From: Octopus sinensis
Taxonomy: Eukaryota
DNA: 64,000 bases
Reading direction: 5' to 3'
NCBI RefSeq assembly: GCF_006345805.1
Contig: NC_043021.1
Coordinates: 16,678,001 to 16,742,000, forward strand
Every line of letters starts with the position of its first letter. Positions within the stretch are counted from its first letter, which is position 1. The position numbers and the translations under genes are program-made. The notes below the pieces were generated by a model. That model saw only the letters and a program-made list of their open reading frames with translations. It was not told the DNA's origin and searched no databases. Shown here piece after piece: positions 24,861-38,513 of the stretch.

Positions 24861-26516
24861 ATGGAGAAACAAATTTGGTTTGTTCATCAACTTACGGATA
24901 TTATAATGCTGGATTATTTATTCATTTTACAAATGAGAACATCAAAAGCATACAAAAATATTATATAAAACAATAGATAATACAATAAATGACTTAATTG
25001 CATTGCAATTAAAAACATTTATGTATTAAGAATTTGAGTACTTTACCAACAGTATATTGGATAAATGATATCCCATAGCGGGTTTCACCCATAACCACTA
25101 TCTTACTTTGTACTATATATATATATATATATATAATATATATATATTCTTTATTTGTGGATATACAATTCTACCATCAGTTTCATGCAATACATCACAA
25201 TTATCACTTAAAGTATTGGTAATCCATTTCCTTTTGGACATAGCCATATAAGGTTACAAGAGACTTTGTGAGATTTGAAACGTTGTTTGGTGATATGGAG
25301 TGAAATACATGATATACTGATAAGAGGAGGTAAATCATAGTTGCATCATTAATTATGGAACACTTGATAATTGTAATGTTTCGCATGAAACCAATGGTAA
25401 CATTGTCTATCCACAAATAGAGAAAATATTTATCTGCCAATCGTAGTGTTGAGTACGCATCCTCATTATCATTACATTTGTATATACATATGTGTGTATG
25501 TATGTATATATAGGGATGGTAATGGTTGGAAAATTATCAGGAATATATTATATTACCATGTAGCTAACACACCAGACATGGTTCATTCATGCATGTCATT
25601 ACCATGTTTTTTGATTGGCTACTTCCATGCCCTAGACTGCCAAATCAGGACAGTCTATGTGACCACTCTCCTCTTTGTCATTTCCTTCCTATCTAAACGA
25701 GAGTCACCAACTGACCGACCAACCGACCAATCAATCAATCATGCAAAATTGGAGGGTGTCTAAACATACTGGATAGCAGCTTAAAAATCATGAGTTCCCA
25801 ATCAGCTGCAATAAGTAAGTTGTGAATTTGCACCAAAGATAGACTAGCTGCCTATCCAGTGGGTAATTTATCTCTCCTCTATTTAATATCAGGAAACTGT
25901 CTCTTTTAAGAAAAAAATACCAAAAAAAAAAAAGAAACCTATATATAGGGCTTTTTGGCTGTTTTATATTGTATTTTACAACTAACCACATATGTTGTAA
26001 ACGAGTTCATATTAGCAGTGTTTTTTTTTTATTATTTACATGCATGTATATGTGTGTATGTATATATATATGTGTGTCTGTATATATGTGTGTCTGTGTA
26101 TAATATGTATATAAATATATTTGTATGTTTGTGTCTATGTGTGCATATGTACATGTATATATGCATACATGTACATATGTGTGTATGTATGTATATATTA
26201 TATAAAATAAATATTATGTTATATATATAATATATATATATATATATATGTATATTATAGATTTACATTACTTTGTTCATATGATGAGTCTCTGCTGCCT
26301 CGTACATGTACTCTGTTGTACTCCATGTATTTCATGTTCGCTTTACTTTCATTTTCATAATACAATATCAGTGGTATTAAAAAAAAAACCATTTCTATTA
26401 ACTCATTTTTCCTTCTTTTATTTTTTCTAACCTTCTAAACCAAGATAAAACTGCAAATTTTTATGTTCAAAACAAAACAGGAAGATGTGACATTCACACC
26501 TTTCCTTCGAGCATTG

Positions 26517-26669
26517 TCATCTTAAGGGTGTAGACACACGTTTGTAGTCACCTGGGGTACCCCTCACAGATCTATAGATCTGATTCTGAGCTCTGTACTT
26601 GCTGTCAATAAATGCTACAGGATCCAGTGCATTAATTTGCCCAGGGACTATAATGCTGTAAAGATGGCC
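26517..26669 (-). CDS. Candidate exon of an unidentified minus-strand gene
   Basis: CTGAT branch-like motif, pyrimidine-rich run and CAG acceptor, with an in-frame stop just upstream, then GHLYSIIVPGQINALDPVAFIDSKYRAQNQIYRSVRGTPGDYKRVSTPLR*. Non-repetitive; no family recognised. Confidence 0.4.
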   Translation of the reverse strand, partial: GHLYSIIVPGQINALDPVAFIDSKYRAQNQIYRSVRGTPGDYKRVSTPLR

Positions 26670-28455
26670 CTGCGTTTGAGTACATCAGTAATGAGAAGTG
26701 AACTTGGGTAGATTTAAGAAATTAAATAATTAAGCTGCTAGGACGGAGTCCTTTTCTGCTGGGGATTTTTATAGCTGTGCTATAACCCGTGAACACATAT
26801 CTCTACTAATGCTTCCCAACCACATGGTTCCGGGTTCAGTCACACTGTGCAACACCTTGGGACAAATGTTTTCTACTATATCCTCAGGCTGACCAAGGCC
26901 TTGTGAAAGAAACTGAAAAAAACCTGTCATATGTATATATATGTGTGTGTGTCTTTACGTCTGTGTTTGTCTCCCACCATGCTTTGGCAACCGGTGTTGG
27001 TTTGTTTATTTCCCTGTGACTTAGCACTTTGGCGAAAGAGGCCAGTAGAACAAGTACCAGGCTTAAAAAGTAAAAGTGCCAGGTTCTCGAATTCTCGAAG
27101 GCAGTGCCCCAGCATGACTGCAGTCTTATGACTGAGACAGGTAGAAGATAAAAGGTGATATACCTGTCTCCTCATAAGGCAGTGAGCTCAATCGTTTGCA
27201 CGCTGGGCAAAATGCTTAGCGACATTTCATTCATGCTTATGTTCTGGGTTCAAATTCCCCTGAGATCGACTTTGTCTTTCATGCTTTCACGAGGTGGGGA
27301 CAGGCAATGAAATAAGTACCAGTTGAGCACTGGAGTTGATATAATCAGCTTACCTCCTCCCCCACCTCCCAAAACTACTGGCCTTGTGCTAAAATATGAA
27401 ACCAGTGTACTTGCTCCCTCAGACATGCTGTGTCTTTCGTCTTTTTTTTCCTCTCGCTACCCTGATGGAACTAGTCTGCTTGATACAGCTGTCTCATCCC
27501 TTCCGACCAAACCCTGCCACCATCACTACCACCCTGTCTCATCCGGGCATATCCTGTGCTAACCATTCCCCCCTTCACCCGTACCTCAATTCCTTTTTTT
27601 TCTTATTTCCACCCACCCCCGCACCACCACCACCACCACCACAGCGTTGATCCTCTTGGCTAACATGTTCCCTGCAGATGTTACATACCTTCAAACATTA
27701 TTGATAAAATCTAAATCAACCACGATCCTGCCAGTCTTGTTGAAAAGGGTCATGTGCGGAGCCCCTTAATAAATCTCAAAAGGAAATTTACATTTATGTA
27801 AAAGATATCATGTAATAGTAATTTCAGTGTACAATAGGTTATTTTACATGTCAGCATTAATATTGCAATTACATATGTATGTGTATGTATACAAACATAC
27901 ATACATACACACACACACACATATAATTTATTTCTAATGGTTGAGCTCAAAGTGGAAAATCTATAAATAATAGCTTGCAAATATCCAGTTAAAAAATTGT
28001 ATGTATGTGTATATATATATATATATATATATGTATGTTTGTGCATGTCTGTATAGATATATTTATATATATACATACATGCATACATATGCAATTTTTA
28101 TTTGTATTACTCTCTGGTTCACCCTCATGTATATGTATGTGTGTGTGTGTATGTATGTATATATATATATATTTATATATATATAATCACTGTTATAATG
28201 ACATTGAGGTGGTTTAAAAAGTAATACGATTTTTTTGAAGATAAAATGTGCACATCTGTCTACTTTTATACACACACACACACATGCATATACAGCATAC
28301 ATGTACATGAGTGCATTTATGCGCACCCACAGACACGCACAAACACACACACTTACAGCAAAATTGTAAGATGATGAAAAAGAGTGTTGAAGTTTTGAAT
28401 CAGCTTTTGTACATGCATGTGTGTGTGTGTGTGTGTGTATTACAGCTTGCGCTGC

Positions 28456-29360
28456 AGAGCACTCCCTTTATTATCAGCCTCTTGGAGACTGAAGCAATTC
28501 CAGTTCTTTAACACCATTCCCTTTGGTTGTGCCAAGCTGTGATGTTGATGCTTCCAGAAAAGCAGCCATCAATTATTTCAGAACCAAAACTAGTTTTCTG
28601 CCCTCGCCATCCGTTCAGCAAATATTTTGATTTATTTCTTGATCTTGGCCTTTGTCTTTCCCTTACATGTGTCCACCATATCCATCATGAACCATTTTCA
28701 TGTATACATTAACCATAAAAAGTCAGGTGGTGTGAGAGGTGAATATATTTAACCACTTAGAGCACTCTTTTTATTAACAGTCTCTTGGAGACTGAAGCAA
28801 TTCCAGTGCTTTAACACCGTTCCCTTTGGTAGTGCCAAGCTGTGATGTTGATGCTTCCAGAAAAGGAGCCATCAATTATTTCAGAACCAAAACTAGTTTT
28901 CTGCCCTCGCCATCCATTCAGCAAATATTTTGTTTTATTTCTTGATCTTGGCCTTCGTCTTTCCCTTACATGTGTCCACCATATCCATCATGAACCATTT
29001 TCATGTATACATTAACCATAAAAAGTCAGGAGGTGTGAGAGGTCAATATATTTAACCACTTAGAGCACTCTTTTTATTAACAGTCTCTTGGAGACTGAAG
29101 CAATTCCAGTTCTTTAACACCGTTCCCTTTGGTAGTGCCAAGCTGTGATGTTGATGCTTCCAGAAAAGCAGCCATCAATTATTTCAGAACCAAAAATGGT
29201 TTTTTGCCCTCGCCATCCATTCAGCAAATATTTTGATTTATTTCTTGATCTTGGCTTTCGTCTTTCCCTTACATGTGTCCACCATATCCATCATGTACCA
29301 TTTTCATTCATACATTAACCATAAAAAGTCAGGAGGTGTGAGAGGTGAATATATTTAACC
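28456..29360. repeat. Three tandem copies of a 303-bp unique unit
   Basis: AGAGCACTC starts at 28456, 28759 and 29062; the copies differ by scattered substitutions only. Confidence 0.92.
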
Positions 29361-29480
29361 CACTTGTTATCCTTGGGATTACGACTGCTTCGCAGCCTTT
29401 ATCATGTAATAATAATTCCAGTGTACAATAGATTATTTTACATGTCAGCATTAATATTGCATATACATTTATATACACTA

Positions 29481-29539
29481 TATAACAAAACTGTCCGACG
29501 AACGGGAACGTGAAACTCTGAGTAACAGCTTTTGTTATA
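29481..29539 (+). ncRNA. Degenerate minimal type I hammerhead ribozyme
   Basis: TATAACAAAACTGT-CCGACGA-ACG GGAA CGT-GAAA-CTC T GAG-TA-ACAG(C)TTTTGTTATA: 14-bp stem I, intact stem II with a GNRA loop, but a U4C change in the core. Confidence 0.6.
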
Positions 29540-29564
29540 TTTCTGCTGCTTTTAAATAAAGTAT

Positions 29565-29605
<41 letters not shown>

Positions 29606-30148
29606 GCAGGAGTGGCTGTGCGGTAAGTAGCTTGCTTACCAACCACATGGTTCCGGGTTCAGTCCCACTGCATGGCACCTTGGGCAAGTGTCTTCTACTA
29701 TAGCCTCGAGCCGACCAAAGCCTTGTGAGTGGATTTAGTAGACGGAAACTGAAAGAAGCCCGTCATATATATGTATATATATATATATATACGTGTGTGT
29801 GTTTGTCCCCCCAACATCACTTGACAACCGATGCTGGAGTGTTTACGTCCCCGTAACTTAGCGGTTCGGCAAAAGCAACCAATAGAATAAGTACTAGGCT
29901 TCCAAAGAACGTTAAAAAATTAGTCCAGTGTTAGACCATCTGTCGTGTATAGAGGAGATGTATGTTCGAGTCCTATGGGCAGCAGCTGATTTATTCTATC
30001 CAAAGTGTGTTTCAACTTAATATTTACAACACTGTTATTTATAGCTTTATCTTCTTCAAGTTCAACTGTTAAAAACAAATTATTTCACATTCTCTAAAAA
30101 TTTCTAAATTCTTATAATGTCAACAATGTGTGTATATATATATATATA

Positions 30149-30382
30149 GAAGGCGGCGAGCTGGCAGAATCGTTAGCACGCCGGGCGAAATGCTTTGCGG
30201 TATCTCGTCCGCCGCTGCGTTCTGAGTTCAAATTCCGCCGAGGTCAACTTTGCCTTTCTTCCTTTCGGGGTCGATAAATTAAGCACCAGTTGCGCACTGG
30301 GGTCGATGTGATCGACTTAATACCTATGTCTGTCCTTGTTTGTCCCCTCTATGTTTAGCCCCTTGTGGGTAGTAAAGAAAAA
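30149..30382 (+). mobile_element. SINE family 2
   Basis: AAGGCGGCGAGCTGGCAGAATCGTTAGCACGCCGGGCG...GAGTTCAAATTCCGCCGAGGTC...GTAGTAAAGAAA; also at 36607, 37882, 43128 and 43703. Confidence 0.85.
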
Positions 30383-30419
30383 TATATATATATATACATA
30401 CACACACACACACACACAC

Positions 30420-30736
30420 TAGTACATTGGCAATTTATTGATTACGATGACAAGGATCCCAATCGATCCGATCAACAGAACAGCTTGCGCATGAAATTAA
30501 CATGCAAGTTGCTGAGTACACCACAGATATGCATGCCCTTAATGGATTTCTTAGGGAAATTTAGCATGACACAACATGTGACAAGGCTGGCCCTTTGAAA
30601 AACAGGTACTACTCAGTTTTGTCCAATGAATGGACTGGAGCAGCGTGAAAAAAAGTGTCTTGCTCAAGGACATGTATCGCCAGGAATTGAACCCCTGATT
30701 GTGAACTGAACACCCTAACTACTGAGCCATGCACCT
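30420..30736 (-). mobile_element. CORE-like tRNA SINE
   Basis: Minus-strand head GAAGGTGCATGGCTCAGTAGTTAGGG; tail similar to the SINE at 38866. Confidence 0.65.
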
Positions 30737-31339
30737 TCATTACACACACACGCATACACATTACTATGGATCTGTGATGTTTCATTTAATTATTACTATT
30801 AGGGAGAGTGGCATTCAATGGTCAACTAATGCTACTTGGTAGTACCACTACAGCCAGCTTTTGGCCTTGTGTGGCAGCATCTGTCCAGTGGCCTGATGAT
30901 CTCAGTAAATAGCCACATCACTTGATGGAAACTATATTGAATCACATAGTCCATCAAAGGTGTCTTCTCTCATCTCTTCTATATTTGCACTGGACTGCTG
31001 AACTATTGCTGTGTGAGGTCGAGAGATTGAGGGACAACCTTTTGAAGCTAAGATGCCAGAGAACAATGTCAGGAAATACAAACTTTGTCACTGGACACCA
31101 TGGGGGTCATAGTGGGTGATACCACTTTAAAAGGATACAAGGTGGTAACAGGAGTAAAAGATTAACCCTGACAAATCTGAGCCTGCAGATCAGCACTTGA
31201 TGAGGCAAGTCCATGCTGCTAGTCAGCATCCCGGTCACTGAACTGGGGTTTGATTCAGTCAGGTTCTCCAAATGAATAAGAAACTGAGACAAGGTTACAA
31301 GCGGATTGAGAGCAAGCTATCCCTGAAAGTTTTGGTCAT

Positions 31340-31729
31340 AGGCGTAGGAGTGGCTGTGTGGTAAGTAGCTTGTTTACCAACCACATAGTTCCGGGTTCAG
31401 TCCCACTGCGTGGCACCTTGGGCAAGTGTCTTCTACTATAGCTTTGGGCCAACCAAAGCCTTGTGAGTGGATTTGGTAGAGGGAAACTGGAAGAAGCCCG
31501 TCGTATATATGTATATATATGCGTTTGTGTGTCTGTGTTTGTCCCCCTAGCATTGCTTGACAACCGATGCTGGTGTGTTTATGTCCCCGTTACTTAGCGG
31601 TTCGGCAAAAGAGACCGATAGAATAAGTACTGGGCTTGCAAAAGAATAAGTCCCGGGGTCGAGTTGCTCGATTAAAGGCGGTGCTCCAGCATGGCCGCAG
31701 TCAAATGACTAAAACAAGTAAAAGAGAGT
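31340..31729 (+). mobile_element. SINE family 1, full-length
   Basis: Head, internal microsatellite and tail as at 5830; further copies at about 33113, 33929, 35980 and 37289. Confidence 0.9.
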
Positions 31730-31872
31730 AGGAAATACATACATTGTCTACTCGTCCCATTATATATTTCTGCCTGGCCGTTGTGCCTTACTCCATTTGA
31801 GAGGAAGGAGAGGGAATAGCTGCCCTGTAGTAAATTTGGTAGAGGTGGATGAAAGTGGTAAGCATGACTCAC

Positions 31873-31899
31873 TTGAATGAGCCTGCCCTCAGTGTGCAC
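31873..31899 (-). CDS. Candidate 27-nt exon (VHTEGRLIQ); a 35-nt form from 31907 is also possible
   Basis: ACAG acceptor and consensus donor CAA|GTGAGT; the pyrimidine tract better fits the acceptor at 31907. Confidence 0.3.
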
Positions 31900-32022
31900 C
31901 TGTCAGCCTGAGAATGAGGGCTACGAGAAGGTATTTACCCTTGGTAACCAGGATCATCCTGAATTTGTACTGTTCCTTGATTGGCTCTGTGTGACAAGTT
32001 TTCTTCTTGGGACATCACCATA

Positions 32023-32406
32023 TCTTTATATTTAAAAGTGAAGTTGTGTCTGTCTCCTACAATTTAGATTCCTAACTACTCCCACATTTTGCGGTGCAGT
32101 GTAACCAAAAGCAGGTATCTTATAGTCGTGATTCATATTGAGCCCTTCTGGGTATTAGCGCACGTTTACGATTTAAAAATAAATTTACCATCATTTTTTC
32201 CCATTTTTAATGCATTTTTTTTGCTATTATATAAGGGAAGTAACTCTCTAAAAATGTATTATTAAATCTCAGAACGTAAAAAGCTACAGTAACACCCCCC
32301 CTTTGTGGTTAGCCATATTGAGATGGCTATTATACTTTACATCTCTAAAAATGCTTATATAGTTATTTCCCTTACAAACCCGAGCAACGCCGAGCGATAC
32401 TGCTAG
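32023..32406 (+). mobile_element. Non-autonomous Helitron
   Basis: 5' A|TCTTTATATTTAAAAG, 3' GC-rich hairpin-like CCCGAGCAACGCCGAG then CTAG|T; inserted between A and T with no TSD. Confidence 0.75.
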
Positions 32407-33074
32407 TTTTGTATAAATGTGTATAATAAGACACTCGTTTCATTTCATTCAGTATCTGTGTAACCAGCTCTCTTTTGTTAATTACCTGTCTCCAAAATGC
32501 CCATTTACCTGTCGCTCTTGTGGCAATAAAATATAATTAAGGTAAACAAAATAATGTCTTGCAGCATTAATTAGTTCTGTCATCTTTGCAGCCTAAGCTT
32601 AAATTCCACTATTTGACCCATAACTGGAGTCCTCGACAGGTAGTACCGCCCTGAGCCACACCTGACCTGGAAGCAGTAGAGAGTAACATCTTACTCTACA
32701 AAATTGCTCAACTCCCAAGCTGGAGCACCATCACCAAATGCAATTTAATGTTTTATCCAAGATTTACCATTTAACCTTTTAGCCTTTTAATCTGGCCGGA
32801 GTATTCTCCTGTTTTATAATCTGACCAGATCCCAACCTCTCACATTCTGAAAATATACGATCACACCTTTGAAATTGTGAAGCTATAAGGTAAATGAGTA
32901 ATTCAAAACAGTGTCGATAGGCACAGCTGTGTGGTAAGAAGCTTATTTCCCAACCGCATGGTTCTGGGTTCAGTTCCACTGCGTGACATCTTGGGCAAGT
33001 GTCTTCTACTATAGCCTTGGACTGACCAAATCCTTGTGAGTGGATTTGGTAGGCAGGAGCTGAAAGAAGCCTGT

Positions 33075-33113
<39 letters not shown>

Positions 33114-35642
33114 GCTGTGTGGTAAGTAGCTTGCTAACCAACCACATGGTTCCGGGTTCAATCCCACTGCGTGGCATCTTGGGCAAGTGTCTTCTGCTAT
33201 AGCCCCGGGCCGACCAATGCCTTGTGAGTGGATTTGGTAGACGGAAACTGAAAGAAGCCTGTCGTATATATGTATATATATATATATGTATGTTTGTGTG
33301 TCTGTGTTTGTTCCCCTAGCATTGCTTGACAACCTATGCTAGTGTGTTTACGTCCCTGTCACTTAGCGGTTCGGCAAAAAGAGACCGATAGAATAAGTAC
33401 TGGGCTTACAAAAAGAATAAGTCCCGGGGTCGAGTTGCTCGGCTAAAGGCGGTGCTCCAGCATGGCTGCAGTCAAATGACTGAAACAAGTAAAAGAGTAA
33501 GAGTAAGAGTATATGTATGTACCTATGTGCATGTGTCTTTGTGTCTGTCCTCCCATCATCACTTGACAGCTGGTGTTGGTGTATTTACGTCCTCATAGCT
33601 TTGTGGTTCACAAAATGACAGAAACATATATATATAGATTGTTCATTGTTTTTTTTTTTTTCCATGCTGGCATGGGTTAGGCAAATTTATGATTGCGGTT
33701 TTGTTTTACAACCAGATGGATGAATGCCCTTCCCATCACTAACACTTCCTCACCTTTTTTTTTTTTTTTTTTTAAATAAGCAGTCTCTTATTCCATATAT
33801 TTTCAAAGACACAAAACTTACAGACAATTTGTCAACAAAGAAATCACCATTTATCACTTGTGATATTCACTAATTTGGAAAAACGGCCTCAAAAACAAGG
33901 AAACAAACAATATATATAATATATATATAGGTGCAGGAGTGGCTGTGTGGTAAGTAGCTTGTTTACCAACCACATGGTTCCGGGTTCAATCCCACTGCGT
34001 GGCACCTTGGGCAAGTGTCTTCTACTATAGCCTCGGGCCGACCAAAGCCTTGTGAGTGGATTTGGTAGACGGAAACTGAAAGAAGCCCGTCGTATATACG
34101 TATATATATGTATGTGCGTGTGTGTTTGTCCCCCTAGCATTGCTTGACAACCGATGCTGGTGTGTTTATGTCCCCGTCACTTAGTGGTTCGCCAAAAGAG
34201 ACCGATAGAATAAGTACTGGGCTTACAAAGAATAAGTCCCGTGATCGAGTTGCTCGATTAAAGGCGGTGCTCCAGCATGGCCACAGTCAAAATGACTGAA
34301 ACAAGTAAAAAAATATATATATATATATTTATAATATATATATTTATATATATATATATTTATATATACATACATATATGTATGTATGTATAACTGTGTG
34401 GTTCAAGATGTCTGATTGGGGATCACATTCTGGAGTGCAAGTGTCAGGTATACTCAGCCACATGTACTCTCAGTACAATGACTTTAGTTCTGTTGGCCGA
34501 ACAACTGCTACATACATCATTGCAAATGATACATGATCTATCATTGCTGTCATCATCATCGTCATCAACATCATCTTCAACATCATTATACGTTTTTGGA
34601 TATATGCACGTTTTTTTAGCTTGATGACTATGTATGTATGTGTGCATGTGTGTATATATATATACATCAGACAAGCGCATTTGTTTTGGCATCTATGTAT
34701 GCAGTGATATCATTGTTTAGGCTGATTTAATTGACTAAGCCCTTAAGCTATTATTACTATTATTATTATTATTATTATTATGTGGAGGCGCAATGGCCTA
34801 GTGGTTAGGGCAGTGGACTTGCGGCTTCGATTCCCAGACCGGGCGTTGTGAGTGTTTATTGAGCGAAAACACCTAAAAGCTCCACGAGGCTCCAGCAGAG
34901 GGTGGTGATCCCTGCTGTACTCTTTCTCCCACTCTTTCTTCTGTTGGCCTGCTCGCTTAGCCAGCGGGGTGGCGTCATTCAAAGGCTAAAACAATGCGAA
35001 GCGCATTGTGACCAGCGATGTATAACAACATCGGTTACGTGATTATTATTATTAAGGCAGTGAGCTGGCAGAATTGTTAGCACACAGGACAAAATGCTTT
35101 GTGACATTTCGTCCGTCATTACATTCTGGGTTCAAATTCCACCAAGGTCGACTTTGCCTTTCATCGTTTCAGGGCCAATAAATTAAGTACCAGTCAAGTA
35201 CTGGGGTCCATGTGATTGACTGTCCCCCCTCCCCACAAATTCCAGGCCTTGTGCTTATAGTAGAAAGGATCGTTATTACTATAATTATTATTATCATTAT
35301 TATTATGATGATTATTATTATTATTATTAAGATGATTGATTGATAGAATCAGTAGAACCTTGTGGTATCTAATGGCATTCTTTAAACATTTCAAGGTCAA
35401 CTTTGCCATTCATCATTTTGAGGTCAATAAAATAGAGTACCAGTCATATACTGGGATCGATGTTAACCATCTAAAGCAGTATGTGGGTCAACTGCAACCT
35501 GTGGCACTTACTGAAGAATGGCACACCTAATGGAAAATTACCTTGGATATTTTTCTTAGTGGTGCGGCGCCCTTGATGGTGAGCCATGACTCATGTGGCC
35601 CACTTCTCTAAAAATGTTGCATTTGCCTGATGTGAAACTTAC

Positions 35643-35874
35643 CTGAGATTTTGTGGCCTTAAGCGCCATGTAGGAAATCATTGGTGTTGTTAGGGGCAGG
35701 AAGCGAGTTTGCTTGGATGCTCGGTGTGTATGTAATGACAGAACCTTAATTGAGGCGATTGTTTGAGGGAATAAATATAAGGGTGCAAGATAGAAGACTG
35801 TGCTTGCATGTGGATATGTGATGCGTTATGATGCAAAGGCCGACAGTTGGTTTTTAAAGAAGTGCCAAGCGATC
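35643..35874 (-). other. Candidate exon with possible start (MISYMALKATKSQ; ATG at 35681 or 35669)
   Basis: Strong pyrimidine tract with TAG acceptor at 35875 and a perfect CAG|GTAAGT donor at 35642. Confidence 0.4.
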
Positions 35875-38247
35875 CTACGTTGAAGGAATCGTGCAAAAGA
35901 GGAAGAAGTGAGGAGAAAAATTTGATCTCAGAGTAAGTGGAAAATTTCATGAAAGAAATGACAAAAAAAAAATAACTAAGCAGGAGTGGCTGTGTGGTAA
36001 GTAGCTTGCTAACCAACCACATGGTTGCGGGTTCAGTCCCACTGCGTGGCATCTTGGGCAAGTGTCTTCTGCTATAGCCCCGGGCCGACCAATGCCTTGT
36101 GAGTGGATTTGGTAGACGGAAACTGAAAGAAGCCTGTCGTATATATGTATATAATATATATATATATATATGTGTGTGTATATGTTTGTGTATCTGTGTT
36201 TGTCCCCCCTAGCATTGCTTGACAACCGATGCTGGTGTGTCTACGTCCCCGCCACTTAGCGGTTCGGCAAAAGAGACCGATAGAATAAGTACTGGGCTTA
36301 CAAAGAATAAGTTCCGGGGTCGATTTGATCGACTAAAGGCGGTGCTCCAGCATGGCCGCAGTCAAATGACTGAAACAAGTAAAAGAGTAAAGAGAAAAAA
36401 ATGTAAAAAATAATTAAATGAATGAAAAAAAAAAAAACTCATAGAATTGCAACAAACAGCCTGACACTGTGCCAGAAAAGACTTGTCCAAGACATGAAAC
36501 CATGGTGAAATGGACACGAAAAATTTAAATAATAATGATGATGATGGTGATGAAGAACGATGAATTTCAGGACATTGACGCATGCATGTTTACGGTATAA
36601 TGTATAAAAGGCGGCGAGCTGGCAGAAACGTTAGCACGCCGGGCGAAATGCTTAGCGGTATTTCGTCTGCGTTACGTTGTGAGTTCAAATTCCGCCGAGG
36701 TCGACTTTGCCTTTCATCCTTTCGGGGTCGATAAATTAAGTACCAGTTACGCACTGGGGTCGATGTAATCGACTTAATACCTATGTCTGTCCTTGTTTGT
36801 CCCCTCTGTGTTTAGCCCCTTGTGGGTAATAAAGAAATAGGTATAATGTATAATTTGCTTTATCTCAAACTGAAAAGCTTTAAAAAAAAAATAATTTAAG
36901 AAAAAAAAAAAAACAACAAAAAAAAAAAATCTCTCTCCTCTCCTCCCACCTCCAACCTACCACCCTCCCACTGAAATGAGAACAAATAAACGGTGAAATA
37001 TACACATGCCATGTGTGTGTCTCGTCACATGAGTGGTGTGTATTTCGGTCAAATAATAACTTTTGTCTTTTATTGTTGTTTATTTATTTATTTATTTATT
37101 TCTGTTACGCTTTTTTTCTTTTTTTTAAAATTTTATTGTCATGCCTTTTTTTTATAAAGCTGGAATGGTGGAATGGTCTGATCAATGGTGCCAACCAATA
37201 TGTTACAGGTTATCAAAAGAACCAGACAGGTGAGGTAGTGCAGTCTTTAAATTTGTCAATGCTTATTGATGTATAAATTTTAAAAAATAGATGCAGGGGT
37301 GGCTGTGTGGTAAGTAGCTTGCTTACGAACCACATGGTTCCGGGTTCAGTCCCACTGTGTGGCACCTTGGGCAAGTGTCTTCTACTATAGCCTCGGTCCA
37401 ACCAAAGCCTTGTGAGTGGATTTGGTAGACGGAAACTGAAAGAAGCCCATCATATATATATGCGTTTGTGTGTCTGTGTTTGTCCCCCTAGCATTGCTTG
37501 ACAACCAATCCTGGTGTGTTTATGTCCCTGTTACTTAGCGGATCGGCAAAAGAGACCAATAGAATAAGTACTGGGCTTACAAAAGAATAAGTCCCGGGGT
37601 CGAGTTGTTCGATTAAAGGCAGTGCACCAGCATGGCCGCAGTCAAATGACTGAAACAAGTAAAAGATAAAAGAGTAAAGAGATGGTGGTCATGGTTGGCG
37701 CCAGCATTGGTGTTGTCACTTTTTTTTCCTGCCAAGGTTGACTTAGACTTTCATCCTTTCAGGGTCAATAAAATAAGTACCAGTTGAACACTGGGGTCAA
37801 TGTAATCGATTCACCCCACCCCAAATTGCTGACCTCGTTCCAAAATTTGAAGCCATTATTATAATTATTGCTATTGTTAATGTGGCAAGTTGGCAGAATC
37901 GTTAGCACGCCGGGCGAAATCTGTAGCCATATTTCGTCTGCCGTTACGTTCTGAGTTCAAATTCCATCAAGGTCAACTTTGCCTTTCATCCTTTCGGGGT
38001 CGATAAATTAAGTACCAGTTACGCTCTGGGGTCGATGTAATCGACTTAATCCACTCGTCTGTCCTTGTTTGTCCCCTCTGTGTTTAGCCTCTTGTGGGTT
38101 GTAAAAAGAAATAATAATAATAATAATTATTATTATTATTATTATTAAGGTGGCGAGCTGGCAGAAACGTTAGCACGCCAGGCGAAATGCTTAGCAGTAT
38201 TTCATCTGCCGTTACGTTCTGAGTTCAAATTCCACCAAGGTCGACTT

Positions 38248-38403
38248 ATCCCGAAAGAAATTAAAGTAGAAAGAGACCCCACAACTTTCAAATGGTACCT
38301 GGACAAATTCCTCCAGGAAATACAGGATAAACCACCTACACCTGGATTTGTCTCAACCAACAACTCTCTGCTTGAGTGGTCCATGGTGTCCTTAAATAAT
38401 TAA
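38248..38403 (+). mobile_element. CR1/L2-group LINE ORF2 C-terminal relic
   Basis: IPKEIKVERDPTTFKWYLDKFLQEIQDKPPTPGFVSTNNSLLEW matches the FK..LDKFL..IPD.P...NSL..W terminus. Confidence 0.7.
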
Positions 38404-38513
38404 CTAAAAGACTTTTCCAGGTGGTGCTGTTGAGTTAGTCATGGCCAAAACCAATATCAGTTATCTAAGCTAAGTTATCAAAGGTATAGATTATGTTAAA
38501 ATTCAGAAAAACT

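Noticed and set aside
30893-30899. Other CTGATGA hits (also 42681) as hammerheads
   Set aside because: No stem II plus GAAA or complementary stem I nearby.
30900-31320. Possible decayed LINE endonuclease or exon
   Set aside because: Stops in all frames and no clear motif.
34444-34692. ORF with CIICNDVCSSC zinc-like motif
   Set aside because: Largely microsatellite-derived, with weak splice sites.
35637-35646. U1 snRNA-like ACTTACCTG
   Set aside because: No U1 body follows; better explained as a minus-strand CAG|GTAAGT donor.
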